NCBI GenBank assembly: GCA_964016885.1
Contig: CAXHJY010000753.1
Span: forward strand, 62,001 to 126,000
DNA length: 64,000 nt
Direction: 5' to 3'
Source: Eledone cirrhosa
Taxonomy: Eukaryota
Shown here: in pieces, positions 1 through 13,183 of the stretch
How positions within the stretch are numbered: the stretch's first letter is position 1
How the letters are laid out: the number at the start of each line of letters is the position of its first letter
The notes under the pieces: generated by a model
What the model was told of the DNA's origin: nothing
Databases searched by the model: none
What the model saw: the letters and a program-made list of their open reading frames with translations, nothing else
Program-made: the position numbers and the translations under genes

Positions 1-249
1 ATACGATCGGCTTCAACTATACAAACTCTTGAAAGTCAACAGCTGACATAATCTGGTAATCTTGTATCAGTAATGACGGTAATATATATATATATATGTG
101 TGTGTGTGCGTGTAAGTGAGTAGAGTAGCGTGTGTGTGTGTTTGTTGTGTGTGTGAGTGTTGCTGTGTGCACGCATATGTATGCGTGTGTGTATGTCGTA
201 CGTATAAGTGTCAATAAGTAATTTTTTTTTTTTTTTTTTTTTTTTTTTT

Positions 250-552
250 GCGCGGGGACATAGAAATAATCGGGCTGGATGCCCGATCGCGCAGTTAAAC
301 CACTGGGAGTGAAGAACCCCTAGCCCATGTCAGGGTATTCTTCTAGGAGAAGGCATCTCAGGAAACTGGGTTAACTCCGATATAAAACCTGCGGCTCAGT
401 AGTTACCGATGATGTTGATCTTTTCTTCTTTTCGGGTTATAGCTACTGTCGCTCAGAGAGTGGGATTGGTTCAGTGCACAGTGTTTCCTCACTTTAAAAA
501 TATTCGTCACGCACAGGCATTGCACGAGTGCATTAATAATTATTAATAGTGT

Positions 553-587
<35 letters not shown>

Positions 588-3500
588 TATTATTACTTTT
601 TTTTTTTTTTTCTCCTTTTTTTTTTTTTTTTTTTTTTTTCCAATTCAATGATGTTCCAGAACAATGTAAACGAGATAATTGCCAATTTGGGTTCTGGAAC
701 AAAAAAGATCATTGGCAATAAGGGCAGGGGCCCCAAGTTATCACAACCTGGGCCCGCCCGTCATCGTGCCATTGTAATAGAGCCAAACAGGGCATTTAGT
801 CTTGGCTGCTGGAACGTACGGACGCTGCTTGACAGGGATTCTTTGGAGCGTCCTGAACGAAGGACCGCTCTTGTTGCGAAGGAGCTTCGACGTTACGATC
901 TTGACATCGTGGCTTTGTCTGAGACGAGGTTAGCTGGAGATGGTCATCTTACGGAATTTTGTGGAGAATATACATTCTTCTGGAAAGGAAGAGATGAAGG
1001 AACCAGAAGAGAGGCTGGGGTAGGATTTGCTGTTAAGACTGTACTGGTGAATAAATTAGAAGAATTCCCAGTGGGGATTAGTGAGCGTCTTATGTCCATG
1101 AGAGTTCCGCTGGACAAGGGAAGATATGCTACCCTGGTGAGTGTGTATGCTCCAACTATGAATTCTGTCGATGAAGAAAAACTGTCCTTTTACCATGCCT
1201 TGAAAGGTGTTTTAAGAAATATCCCTCAGGCAGACAAAGTCATCGTGCTTGGTGACTTTAATGCTAGAGTGGGTAGGGATTTTAACACATGGAATGTAAT
1301 CGGAAGGCATGGGGTGGGAAAGTGTAACAGCAATGGTATGCTCTTGCTGCAGATGTGTGAGGAGCTGGATCTGTGTGTTACCAACACCATGTTCCAACAA
1401 AAGAACAAATTCAAGACCACATGGATGCATCCTGCATCTAAGGAATGGCATCTTTTGGACTACGTCCTAGTCAGGATGCGTGACAGACAGGATGTGCGGT
1501 GTGTTCGTGTTCTTCGTGGAGGTGAGTGCTGGACGGACCACCGCCTGGTACGCGCAAAAGTGAATCTAATCACCAAACGTAAAATCCGGGCTCCTGGTGT
1601 TACCCTGCCCAAAAGATTGAATGCTGCTCGTCGTAAGGACAAAAATGTGAAGAGGACATTGGAAGAAGAGATGCAGGCTGCAGATCTTGGTGAGGATTGG
1701 CCGACCCTTAAAAAGTCGGTTTATGATGTAGGCAGACGTGTTCTGGGATTGGTGCAGAGAAAACATCAGGACTGGTTTAATGAGAAAGATGTGCATATAG
1801 ATGACTTGTTGGCTGATAAGAGGCGCGCTCTGTCACGCTACTTGACGGCAAGACCACAGGAGAGGAATACGTTGCATGAGGAGCTCAGGGATGTAAAATC
1901 ACGTGTTAGGCGGAGTCTTTCTCAGATGAAGGATCAGTGGTGGAGTGAGAAGGCTGGTGAGATACAAACTGCGTCTGATTGCAATAACACAAAGCTGTTG
2001 TACAGTCTCTTGCGTGAGGTTTATGGACCGTCTTCTTCTCTGGTGACACCGATTCGCAGCAGGGATGGCAAAGAACTTCTTCGTGACTCACAGGGAATTC
2101 TACGAAGGTGGCGAGAGCACTTTGATGATCTTTTGAATCAGCCGTCTGTCGTCAGTGAAGATTTCCTCAATCTCATTCCGGAAAGTCCTGTGAAAGTAGC
2201 TCTCGCAGAACCTCCGACACTTGTGGAGGTTGCAGTGGCTATTTCGAAGCTGAACAGTGGAAGATCTCCAGGTATGGATGGCATACATGCTGAGCTCCTA
2301 CAATATGGTGGTGAGAGACTCCTGCAACATCTTCACTCTCTGTTTGGAAGGATATGGGCTAATGAATCCGTGCCTGAGGACTGGAGAGATGCAGTAATGG
2401 TGGTCTTGTACAAGGGAAAGGGTAACAGGAATGATTGTGGGAACTACAGAGGTATATCATTGCTTTCTGTCGTGGGGAAAGTTTTATGTAGGGTGCTTCT
2501 GGACCGTCTGCTGACACACATTGCAGATTGTGTCCTTCCTGAAAGTCAATCTGGTTTTCGTGTTGGACGCGGCACTACTGATATGATCTTCTCAGCTAGA
2601 CAGCTCCAGGAGAAGTGCATTGAACAGGGCTTGGATCTGTATCAGGTTTTTGTCGATCTGACAAAGGCTTTCGATACTGTCAACAGAGATGCATTATGGA
2701 AGGTTCTCCAGAAACTTGGTTGCCCTGATAAGTTCCTTGCTTTAGTTAGGTCTTTCCATGACGACATGAAGGCTTGGGTTAATGTCGGAGGTAACATGTC
2801 GGAGCCTATCTCAGTAAAAAATGGAGTGAAACAGGGGGATATTCCAGCACCGACCCTGTTTGCCATATACTTTGCAATGGTTTTCTGTATTGCATTCAGG
2901 AATTGCGAGCATGGTGTTTACATCCGATATCGAACCTCAGGCAGCATATTTAACATCAGGCGCTTTGCTGCGAAGACAAAAGTGTTTACATCAGTCATAA
3001 GAGACCTCTTGTATGCAGATGATTGCGATCTTGTAGCGCACACAGAGAGTGATATGCAGCACATTTTGAATGTATTTTCTGACGCTTGCACTGCCCTGGG
3101 TTTGACTGTCAGTCTCAAGAAAACCGTCGTCATGTACCAACCTGCACCTGGTAGGCAGTACACTGAACCAAACATCTATGTGTATGGCAAACGACTTGGA
3201 GTGGTTGATCAGTTTGTCTACCTGGGAAGCACTGTCAATCGATACGGCAACCTTGACGGTGAAATCTCACTTAGGATTAGGAAAGCAAGTGATGCTTTCG
3301 GAAAGCTAGAAAGGCGACTCTGGGGTCGGCGAGACATATGCAGGAGGACAAAGGTAAAGGTGTACAGGGCATGTGTACTCTCTTGTCTTCTTTATGCCTG
3401 CGAGACCTGGGTCACATATCGACGCCACCTTAAGCAATTGGAGCGTTTCCATCAGATGTGTCTCAGACGGATACATGGCGTTCACTGGAGGGACCACATC

Positions 3501-4201
3501 AGTGATGTCGAGATTTTGGAAAGCTCTATGTGTGACAGTATAGAAGCTCTTGTGCTTAAGCAGCGACTCCGTTGGAGTGGTCACCTTGCCAGGATGAAGG
3601 ATTCTAGAATACCAAAACAACTCTTCTATGGAGAGTTGGTTAAAGGAAAACGACCGCCACATAAACCAAAAAAGAGGTATAAGGATTCCTTGAAGGCCTC
3701 TCTGAAAGACGCTAACATCTCTGCTGATACATGGGAAAATATTGCTGCTGATCGTAATAAATGGAGAAAGACTGTATATGAGGGAAAAGTTGCCTTTGAG
3801 GCATCTCGAATCGCACACGAGAAAGTAAAGCGGGACGTGAGGAAGGGTATTGCTGTTGCACTTCCAGACGGCGAGGGTCCTCCTATGTTTCTGACATGCA
3901 GCGTCTGTGCGAGACTCTGCCTAAGCAAAGCTGGACTCGAAAGTCATCTTCGCAGTCATAAAGTAAGACCAGTGGTTGACTACCAGGCTGCTGTTGGAGA
4001 TGCTACTCATCATGCTTGCCAAACATGTGGTAGAGAATGTAAATCAGCAGGAGGACTCAAGCGACATGCAAAAGTACACGAACTCCAACCACAGCCGACT
4101 ATTCCCAGTAAATGTTTTGGTTGCCGACTCTGTGCAAGACATTTTAGATCATTGGCTGGGCTAAAAAGCCACATTCGATCGCAGCACTGTTAGTTGCTAT
4201 C

Positions 4202-4239
<38 letters not shown>

Positions 4240-4301
4240 GCTTATGTGCGTGCGTGTGTGTGTATATATATATGAATATGTATATTATTATTGTTGATTG
4301 C

Positions 4302-4356
<55 letters not shown>

Positions 4357-4476
4357 GTTATTAATGTATGTGTGTATATATGTGTGAGTGTATGTGTATG
4401 TATGTGTGTGTGTATATATGTATGTATGTGTATGTATGTGTGTGTGTATATGTATGTGTATATATATATATATGTA

Positions 4477-4507
<31 letters not shown>

Positions 4508-4554
4508 CTATCTTTTCCCTTTTTTTTTTTTTTTTTTTTATTTAGTTATTATTA

Positions 4555-4626
<72 letters not shown>

Positions 4627-4659
4627 TGTGCAATGGCCATACTCGATAACGAGGGGGCA

Positions 4660-4706
<47 letters not shown>
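250..4706 (+). mobile_element. Apparently full-length RTE-clade (BovB-like) non-LTR retrotransposon
   Basis: 5'UTR (~250-647) contains an RTE-like TAGGAGAAGG motif, followed by a single long ORF and a microsatellite-rich 3'UTR. A terminal stem-loop TGGCCATACTCG-ATAA-CGAGGGGGCAGCCA (4634-4663) precedes a (TA)n tail. The same 5' and 3' ends recur fused together at 10298-10700 and 40772-41000. Confidence 0.88.
648..4193 (+). CDS. RTE LINE ORF (1181 aa): APE endonuclease + reverse transcriptase + three C-terminal C2H2 zinc fingers
   Basis: APE motifs WNVRTL, LSETR, GDFNARVG, LDYVL, TDHRL. RT motifs NYRGISLL, QSGFR, FVDLTKAFD, GVKQG, YADD, FVYLGS. Fingers CSVC..HLRSH, CQTC..HAKVH, CRLC..HIRSQH. 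No stops or frameshifts. Confidence 0.96.
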   Translation: MMFQNNVNEIIANLGSGTKKIIGNKGRGPKLSQPGPARHRAIVIEPNRAFSLGCWNVRTLLDRDSLERPERRTALVAKELRRYDLDIVALSETRLAGDGHLTEFCGEYTFFWKGRDEGTRREAGVGFAVKTVLVNKLEEFPVGISERLMSMRVPLDKGRYATLVSVYAPTMNSVDEEKLSFYHALKGVLRNIPQADKVIVLGDFNARVGRDFNTWNVIGRHGVGKCNSNGMLLLQMCEELDLCVTNTMFQQKNKFKTTWMHPASKEWHLLDYVLVRMRDRQDVRCVRVLRGGECWTDHRLVRAKVNLITKRKIRAPGVTLPKRLNAARRKDKNVKRTLEEEMQAADLGEDWPTLKKSVYDVGRRVLGLVQRKHQDWFNEKDVHIDDLLADKRRALSRYLTARPQERNTLHEELRDVKSRVRRSLSQMKDQWWSEKAGEIQTASDCNNTKLLYSLLREVYGPSSSLVTPIRSRDGKELLRDSQGILRRWREHFDDLLNQPSVVSEDFLNLIPESPVKVALAEPPTLVEVAVAISKLNSGRSPGMDGIHAELLQYGGERLLQHLHSLFGRIWANESVPEDWRDAVMVVLYKGKGNRNDCGNYRGISLLSVVGKVLCRVLLDRLLTHIADCVLPESQSGFRVGRGTTDMIFSARQLQEKCIEQGLDLYQVFVDLTKAFDTVNRDALWKVLQKLGCPDKFLALVRSFHDDMKAWVNVGGNMSEPISVKNGVKQGDIPAPTLFAIYFAMVFCIAFRNCEHGVYIRYRTSGSIFNIRRFAAKTKVFTSVIRDLLYADDCDLVAHTESDMQHILNVFSDACTALGLTVSLKKTVVMYQPAPGRQYTEPNIYVYGKRLGVVDQFVYLGSTVNRYGNLDGEISLRIRKASDAFGKLERRLWGRRDICRRTKVKVYRACVLSCLLYACETWVTYRRHLKQLERFHQMCLRRIHGVHWRDHISDVEILESSMCDSIEALVLKQRLRWSGHLARMKDSRIPKQLFYGELVKGKRPPHKPKKRYKDSLKASLKDANISADTWENIAADRNKWRKTVYEGKVAFEASRIAHEKVKRDVRKGIAVALPDGEGPPMFLTCSVCARLCLSKAGLESHLRSHKVRPVVDYQAAVGDATHHACQTCGRECKSAGGLKRHAKVHELQPQPTIPSKCFGCRLCARHFRSLAGLKSHIRSQHC

Positions 4707-4714
<8 letters not shown>

Positions 4715-6497
4715 ATGAAATATAAGAATCAAAGAACTGTTCAAAACATTATTGTGCTTACAGCTGTTTCCTCCAAACCGAGGTTTGGTTTCTTCGGAGC
4801 AATTTATTAATGCATGGACAGTTATATGACCTCCTTTTCAGCCGAGAGACATACCAATACATATTCAAACATTGATACATATTCAAACATTGTGGGTCAA
4901 CATTCATTACAGAATTTAGAGTGGCAGTACACACTTCGAGATTACATTTATATTAATAGGTACAATCAAAAATCAAAGATATAGGTTAAAGTACAACATG
5001 AAGATAAGTGGTTATATAGTGCAAATGTTATATGTGTGGCACGCATGTGCGTCTTGTTTATATAGTGTGGCAGAGAGATATGTGTGGTAGAGGCACTTAG
5101 GTAGGTAAATAAGAGTGTTAGGTTGGTAGATCTGGTGGCAAAGTCTTTATATGATTGATATAGTCTGTGTGTGGAGAAATATTATAAGCATTAAAGATAG
5201 TGCAAGCATTAAAAGTGTTATAAGTATTGGAGATGCACAGCGCAGGGATGTCAAGTAATTCATGTACTTCGGCATTTTCATGGTCAAGGGAGTGTATATT
5301 TCGATTATATGCCTTTCACATAATCCACGACAATTCAGTTAGAGATCGTAGTCTGGTGTTCATTAGTTCGATACAGGAGGTTGTTACGTTTCGAGAGACG
5401 CCATTGAATACCGGAAGTGTGTGTGTGGCTAAGGGGAGTTAATGCATGCGGGGAGGTAACTCTGGGGTTTCTATATCTAGCCAATAAAATGTGTCCCAAT
5501 ATAGACCCTAAATTCTATGGTGAGGTGCACCTTCCAAGAGAGACTTTTAAAGCATAAAGTGTACTAACTATAGAGTAGTTTAACTAAATTATGCTGAAGG
5601 TGATCATATTATTATTAAGGTGGATTAACCCATCTTAAGGTGCTACAAATGGAAATTATAGATGATGAGCGAGGATTCTAAATTAATGATCTCTGTGGTT
5701 GTAGTCTGCTCATAAGACCAGGCGCGGTGATTGCAGGATTGCTTCAGGACCCAATGATCTCTGGTAAGATCTGGGTCATCGCTTGCTACATTGGATGTCG
5801 AAAGATAATCGTCCCCAGGCAGGCCAAAGGTCAATCCGCAGTCCTCGCGACCCCTCTCTGACCGTCAGATCATCCATATACGTACAACCCGCACGGCAGT
5901 TGCATTGCATTCACTCACTGCGCTCAGCAGCCTGGTCCTACTGGTCAACAGCGCTACTCGATTAAATCATTTTACATCTGTCTAAGGAAGGTGTTTCCTC
6001 TGCCCAACACCATCCAACCGATCAATACATGCTCAAATTACCCTTAGAGCGGTGTAGTGCCGTCCAGGTGGGTGGATGTTGTCACACCTGCCATAGAGGT
6101 ATAAATGGGTATTTTCCCTGCGAAGGGTTCCAGAGGGATGTCGTTGTTTGTGTTATAATGGATCAGCTAGTGTTGGGTATGTAGTATAGGGTGTGTCTCT
6201 GGTGTTTGATGCTAGATGTGGTGTTAGGTTCCAGTCCGACATTGCTATATATAGGGCTTAAAGTTTTGGAAGGAATGTCTGAGGCGGTGCTGGCAAGTTG
6301 CAAACACCTCAGATTTCTTTGATTCTTATATTTCATATAACTGCTCTGTAAATCATCTGATGTTTTTACATTGAGCTACTTAACTTACTGGTAATAAGGT
6401 AGTAATACATTACTGCCTACCACTATTTAGGGTGTGTGTAAAATACTTACAACTGCTTAAGGTTTTGTGTTTACATAACCATAAATAGTATAACTAA

Positions 6498-6500
<3 letters not shown>
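4707..6500 (-). mobile_element. Penelope-like non-coding remnant with inverted end and 3' tail (family H)
   Basis: 25-nt inverted repeat (4712-4736 vs 6315-6339), hammerhead on the minus strand, tail hairpin 6343-6376, and (TA)n on both sides. No recognisable ORF inside. Confidence 0.55.
4755..4801 (-). ncRNA. Minimal type-I hammerhead ribozyme motif (U4C core variant)
   Basis: Minus strand reads TGCT-CCGAAGA-A-ACCAAAC CTCG GTTTGG-AG-GAAA-CAGCTG-TA-AGCA, with palindromic stem III ACAGCTGT. Confidence 0.6.
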
Positions 6501-6558
<58 letters not shown>

Positions 6559-6560
6559 TA

Positions 6561-6616
<56 letters not shown>

Positions 6617-6622
6617 AATATA

Positions 6623-6762
<140 letters not shown>

Positions 6763-6873
6763 TAGAAGTGGTTACACAACAGTTAGTTCACCATACCGAG
6801 TACAATTGTTTCACCTCAGCGGATCCTCAGTTCGTAATGGACATGGTTATACTACCTTCCAGTGTTCTACTAC
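6763..6873 (-). mobile_element. Short PLE pseudo-LTR fragment with hammerhead (family L)
   Basis: Minus strand 6795-6835 reads CGAA-CTGAGGA-TCCGCTGAGGT-GAAA-CAATTG-TA-CTCGG. Homologous to 53165-53309. Confidence 0.6.
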
Positions 6874-6889
6874 TATATATATATATAGG

Positions 6890-7183
6890 AATGATACCTT
6901 AATGGTTCAAGTTTCGCCTGGATAGTTAAGGTTTCATTCCTGGGTATGTCAATATTTATAAAACAAACTTTGTATTTTATCTGATGAGTGCGTGCCAAAG
7001 TTTTGGTACCCTTGAAATATATATATAATAGAATAAATATGGTTTTATAAATATAGTTTCCATTTATTAATCATTGCATTTATAATATCATTAATATTAT
7101 ACTCCTGAAAACCTGCCCAGTGCTTCTAATCTGTTATAAATATATTTGTTGAATTACCAATAAATTAAATATCCCTTTGCTTA
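6890..7183 (+). mobile_element. Solo pseudo-LTR of a Hydra-type PLE with hammerhead (family A)
   Basis: 6973-7035 reads TATTTTAT-CTGATGA-stem II-GAAA-TATATATA-TA-ATAGAATA. Near-identical to 12810-13081 and the reverse complement of 42968-43200. TA-flanked. Confidence 0.75.
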
Positions 7184-7200
7184 CATATATATATATATAT

Positions 7201-7361
7201 GAAAAACATGGGGAGAAGAATACTGCATGGTTGCACATGGAATACATATTATAAAATTAGTCCCTCATCAGTGATTTGCCAACGATCATTGGTATTTCAT
7301 CAATGCGATGAAATACCAATGATCGTTGGAAAATCACTGATGAGGGACTAATTTTATAATA
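7201..7361. mobile_element. Fold-back element, ~55-bp arms (family O)
   Basis: 7248-7301 is the reverse complement of 7307-7361 around a 5-nt loop. Shares GCGATGAAAT..GTTGG..TCACTGATGA.GGACT with 8828-8872. Confidence 0.65.
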
Positions 7362-7479
7362 TATATATATATATGTATGTATGTATATACATGATATTTA
7401 TGTATAGAAATATATATATGTGTGTGTGTGTGAGTGTGTGTGTGTGCGTGTGTGTGTGTGTGTGTATGTGTGTGTGTGT

Positions 7480-7520
<41 letters not shown>

Positions 7521-7525
7521 TGTGT

Positions 7526-7623
<98 letters not shown>

Positions 7624-8431
7624 ATAGATATATATTACACCTTGTGTTTACAATACTATAGTATTAAAACATTAAAAGATTACCTAAATGACCACTTATG
7701 ATGATACTAAATAGCATATAAAACAACGTGAAGACCTTTTATAGAGGAAAAACGGGGCTTCACCTTATTTTATGAGCGATTTTTATAGCATCTCTGTGCC
7801 TAGCACATTATCCTATATACTTATATATATATATATATATACTTATATACACACACACATATATATATATATATAAATATATATGGGTGGGGTATGTATG
7901 TATGTATATATCTAAACAGGAGAAAGACGATTAAAAATTGTGAAAGTCAAAGAAAGCATCTAAGCCTCTTCTTACAGAATGTGTTAATTAAGGGATTATG
8001 AAATTAAACTATTTTACTATACACCACGTAATATCTAACGGATAATATGCTAGTATATATAAATGTAAGAGTGTGTATGTTTGCATCGCGGGAACTCTGC
8101 TATTCGGATCTGATTATCTATCAGGCATCTTGGAATTGCTGGACTTTTTAAATCCTCTCCGAACCTCCGTACCACTTTTCTCTTCTCTCTAATTTTCCTT
8201 CGCTTTTTCCTTTGCTCGTCCCCTTTTAACCAACTTCTGGCCTCCTCTTCTACGACATTTGCTCCTCTCTGAGGAAGGACTTATGTTCGATACGTTGAAA
8301 CATTTATTTACTATTTTTTTTTCTCTATATTCATGTGTGAATCTAATAAGATATGTTTTTGTGTGAACCTAATGTTTTTACATCTCTGTATTTGTCTGGT
8401 ATATTCTTGAACTATTTATATATATATATAT

Positions 8432-8922
8432 ATATAAAAAAGGGGGGGAGTCCTTCATCAGTGACCCTCCAACCGTCCCAGGCATTTCATCGCTTTAAGG
8501 GCCATATACCTCAGGTTGGTGCGAACAACGGCTAAAAAAAGTCGTTGGGACACGTAAATAAAGAGAACGTTAGGGTGAACAAACAAAATGGTTTAAGCAA
8601 CAGAAAGTGAGAGGAAAGAGACAAGTCCCAGATTTCTATGAATATAAACTAGTAGTTCACGATTTTATCGAGTTTATATTCATAGAAATCTGGGACTTGT
8701 CTCTTTCCTCTCACTTTCTGTTGCTTAAACCATTTTGTTTGTTCACCCTAACGTTCTCTTTATTTACGTGTCCCAACGACTTTTTTTAGCCGTTGTTCGC
8801 ACCAACCTGAGGTATATGGCCCTTAAAGCGATGAAATGCCTGGGACGGTTGGAGGGTCACTGATGAAGGACTCCCCCCCTTTTTTATATGTAACCCATTT
8901 GCAACGCCGCAGCTCCATTATT

Positions 8923-8927
<5 letters not shown>
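8432..8927. mobile_element. Fold-back element with ~219-bp near-perfect arms, 20-nt spacer and unpaired tail (family O)
   Basis: 8432-8650 is the reverse complement of 8671-8889. Tail 8890-8927. (TA)n on both sides. Confidence 0.85.
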
Positions 8928-9009
<82 letters not shown>

Positions 9010-9011
9010 TC

Positions 9012-9051
<40 letters not shown>

Positions 9052-9053
9052 AC

Positions 9054-9119
<66 letters not shown>

Positions 9120-9550
9120 TTATTTATAATACCAGCGTCATATTAAATTGACATATAATACCGGCGTCATATTAGATTGACCTCTCCCAGATATACTAAA
9201 ATACTTTAATATTAACTAAGCAAGTAATTTTATACACATTTTTCCACTTCGTCGATTCATTGTACAATTACTCCTTCCAGTCCTCTCTAGCCACTCCTTA
9301 ATCCAAAATTATAAATTACTATCAGTCAGTTTTACATTGGCATATAAAACATTCATTCACAAAAATACACTGACAAAATTGAAATACAAGCTTCGAGGCA
9401 TTCTTCAGCTATCGCCAACACACTTACCGATGCACGAACAAATGCCTACAAGAAAAAATGCAAGCACATAACTACACTAATATATGCACATACATCGCCG
9501 TATATATATATATATATATATATACATACATGCACATATATATATAAATA

Positions 9551-9985
9551 CGTATGGGTTTACCGAACATTTATTATAATGCTCGGTTTGTTTGTAGACA
9601 AACAGCCCGAATCACGCCGTACAGTGTTCAGGCAACCATCGTCACCTTTTTGTTCAACACTGACACAGGAACGTATACCTTTCAGTCAGATGGTTGAACG
9701 TCTGAAAGTATATACTTTCCTTATGCATATTAACGGCTGAGCAGCCTAATTTGCATATCGAGTGAGTTAGTCGGCCGGGCGCACCGAAAACGATAAATGG
9801 AAAAGAATGAAACGAAATTTCATTTCTCACTCTTAGTACGGCCGGTACTTAAATGTAAGTATGTATGTATACGTACATACATATATGTATACAGACATAC
9901 AGTAGTATGTATATATATACATACATGCACACACATATATATATGTACGTATGGGTTTACCGAACATTTATTATAATGCTCTTTT
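9551..9985 (-). mobile_element. Family B partial-tandem element copy lacking its hammerhead
   Basis: Reverse complement of 41735-42369 and 55921-56428. Terminal direct repeat CGTATGGGTTTACCGAACATTTATTATAATGCT at 9551 and 9948. Confidence 0.8.
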
Positions 9986-9986
9986 C

Positions 9987-10126
<140 letters not shown>

Positions 10127-10297
10127 CATATATACACATAGGAGCCTTTATTCTTATAGCTTGGTCTAATTGATTTTTTATATGGTTAATTATGCTAATT
10201 GGGAGAGGAAATGGTATATATTTTATCTAGTGATTCTAAAGACATGTTTTATGATATATATATATATATATTTATGATATATATATATATATATATA

Positions 10298-10700
10298 TGG
10301 TGGCTGCCAACTCGTTATCGAGTACGGCCACTACTTTATATCCATGTAGGAGAACCCCTACCGATGCGCTGAACGAGTGTGACTTTTTAGTCCAGCCAGC
10401 GACTTGAAAACTCTGGTACAAACACTACACTTGTGACAATTATTGACACATAGTGCTGGGCCCATGGTACCATGTGACGATAAGAGCAGAGAGATCTCCA
10501 AATATAAAGTAATGCCTGTGCCGTGAAGCTTTTATAGTGAGCAAAGGCACTGCACAAAGCCAGTCCCACTCTCTTAACCAAGATGATATTTACCAAAAAG
10601 AAGAACAAGTCAACATCATTGGATACCATCAGAGTTGCAGGTGTTATAGCAGAGTCTTCCTTCTCCTAGAATTCTGCCTTGACAAAGGCTAAGGGGTCAT
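10298..10700 (-). mobile_element. Non-autonomous bipartite RTE derivative (5'UTR + 3' terminus)
   Basis: 10510-10697 is a diverged reverse-complement match to RTE 5'UTR 315-525. 10298-10335 matches the RTE 3' stem-loop 4630-4666 and is followed by (TA)n. Confidence 0.75.
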
Positions 10701-10898
10701 ATATATATAACTATATATATATAAACTTAATACGTAAATTTAAATTAATACAGAGGCTTACGACAGTTAACACACCACACATTCACAAAAATATAAACAA
10801 CACAACAGTACGATATCAGTAATATAAACGAACACATTCGTTATATTCAGATAAAAGTGAATAATTATTAGCATACCTAATTATATTATAAATATATA

Positions 10899-10974
10899 TC
10901 CTTACGGGTCGATAAAATAAAGTACCAGTAATGTACTGGGTAATTGCTGGCCTTGTGCCTAAAGTAGAAACAAT

Positions 10975-10980
<6 letters not shown>
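10899..10980 (+). mobile_element. 3' fragment of tRNA-derived SINE family K
   Basis: Matches the 3' part of 50167-50357. Confidence 0.75.
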
Positions 10981-11056
<76 letters not shown>

Positions 11057-11082
11057 TATATTTATATATACATATATATATT

Positions 11083-11170
<88 letters not shown>

Positions 11171-11175
<5 letters not shown>

Positions 11176-11747
11176 ATACTTTGGGAGGGTCATGTTGCCA
11201 ATAAGAAACACACGCACCAGTTGCTTTCACTTCAATTTAATTTATTAAATATTTATAAATTTACAAATTTATAAATTTCTGGTTGGTTGGTTGGTTCCAC
11301 AACCAGATAGTTGTTTATATATATATAGTCATAGTTCTTTCGTCACACACTCTGTGACCTCTTCAGTGACTGGGGATTTCTTTGTTCGTTTCTGTGCCTT
11401 TCCTTTCTTCTATCCTACGCCATTTGAAAATGGCGTAGGATAGAAGAATAGAAGAAAGGAAAGGCACAGAAACGAAGAAAGAAATCCCCAGTCACTGAAG
11501 AGGTCACAGAGTGTGTGACGAAAGAACTATGACTATATATATATAAACAACTATCTGGTTGTGGAACCAACCAACCAACCAGAAATTTATAAATTTGTAA
11601 ATTTATAAATATTTAATAAATTAAATTGAAGTGAAAGCAACTGGTGCGTGTGTTTCTTATTGGCAACATGACCCTCCCAAAGTATAACAATATCGGTTTC
11701 AACACACGATTTCAGATAAAGAATCTTGCTAAACAAATTCAGAAACG

Positions 11748-11750
<3 letters not shown>
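11171..11750. mobile_element. Fold-back PLE pseudo-LTR with a hammerhead in each arm and a ~57-nt tail (family I)
   Basis: Arms 11171-11425 and 11428-11690, tail 11694-11750, TA-flanked. Second copy at 46189-46853. Confidence 0.85.
11490..11534 (+). ncRNA. Minimal type-I hammerhead ribozyme motif (mirror copy on minus strand at 11327-11371)
   Basis: AGTCA-CTGAAGA-G-GTCAC AGAGTGT GTGAC-GAAA-GAAC-TA-TGACT. Confidence 0.8.
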
Positions 11751-11817
<67 letters not shown>

Positions 11818-11819
<2 letters not shown>

Positions 11820-12271
11820 AAAATTAAGATAGATTAAAATAATTCAATCAGAATCGAAATTATGGGTGTCATTCTTTAACGGAATGCGCCATATCGCCCG
11901 GAAAATAAGTTCTAGGACTTTGTAAGTACGAGCATTTTAATAACTAGGAATTGATCAACATATATATAAATAAATATAAACATGAAAAATCACGAAGTGT
12001 AAACATGGATCGCTTGATATTGTTCTTCCTTGTTGATAATCCAATAATATCCACTTTCCGTGACTTACCATCTGATTAATTGGTGAAATATATTTCTTTA
12101 ATGAAATATATACAGGGAAGATTAATCATTAAAAGGTATATATTTTTGAAGTTCTAGTTAACTTTATTTATTTGTTACCTACTAGCCATGCGTGGTTACA
12201 CGCTTGTAAAAATTATCTCCTGTGATTTTTCATGTTTATATTTATTTATATATATGTTGATCAATTCCTAG

Positions 12272-12274
<3 letters not shown>
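11818..12274. mobile_element. Degenerate TA-flanked element with 53-bp inverted repeat and tail
   Basis: 11941-11993 is the reverse complement of 12222-12274. The leftward tail carries a degenerate GCTC...GAAC hairpin on the minus strand. Confidence 0.55.
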
Positions 12275-12308
<34 letters not shown>

Positions 12309-12360
12309 TATATAATTATATATATACATATATATATATATACATACATATATATATATA

Positions 12361-13183
<823 letters not shown>

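Noticed and set aside
250-400. HDV-like ribozyme at the RTE 5' end
   Set aside because: Known in some RTEs, but I could not fold the nested double pseudoknot by eye.
5643-5965. Short ORFs inside the family H element
   Set aside because: No RT or endonuclease motifs recognisable.
11171-11750. Interpreting the long palindromes as MITEs/Foldback DNA transposons or miRNA genes
   Set aside because: The one-sided tail, variable fold centre, hammerheads and (for other families) linkage to GIY-YIG ORFs point to Penelope-like origin.
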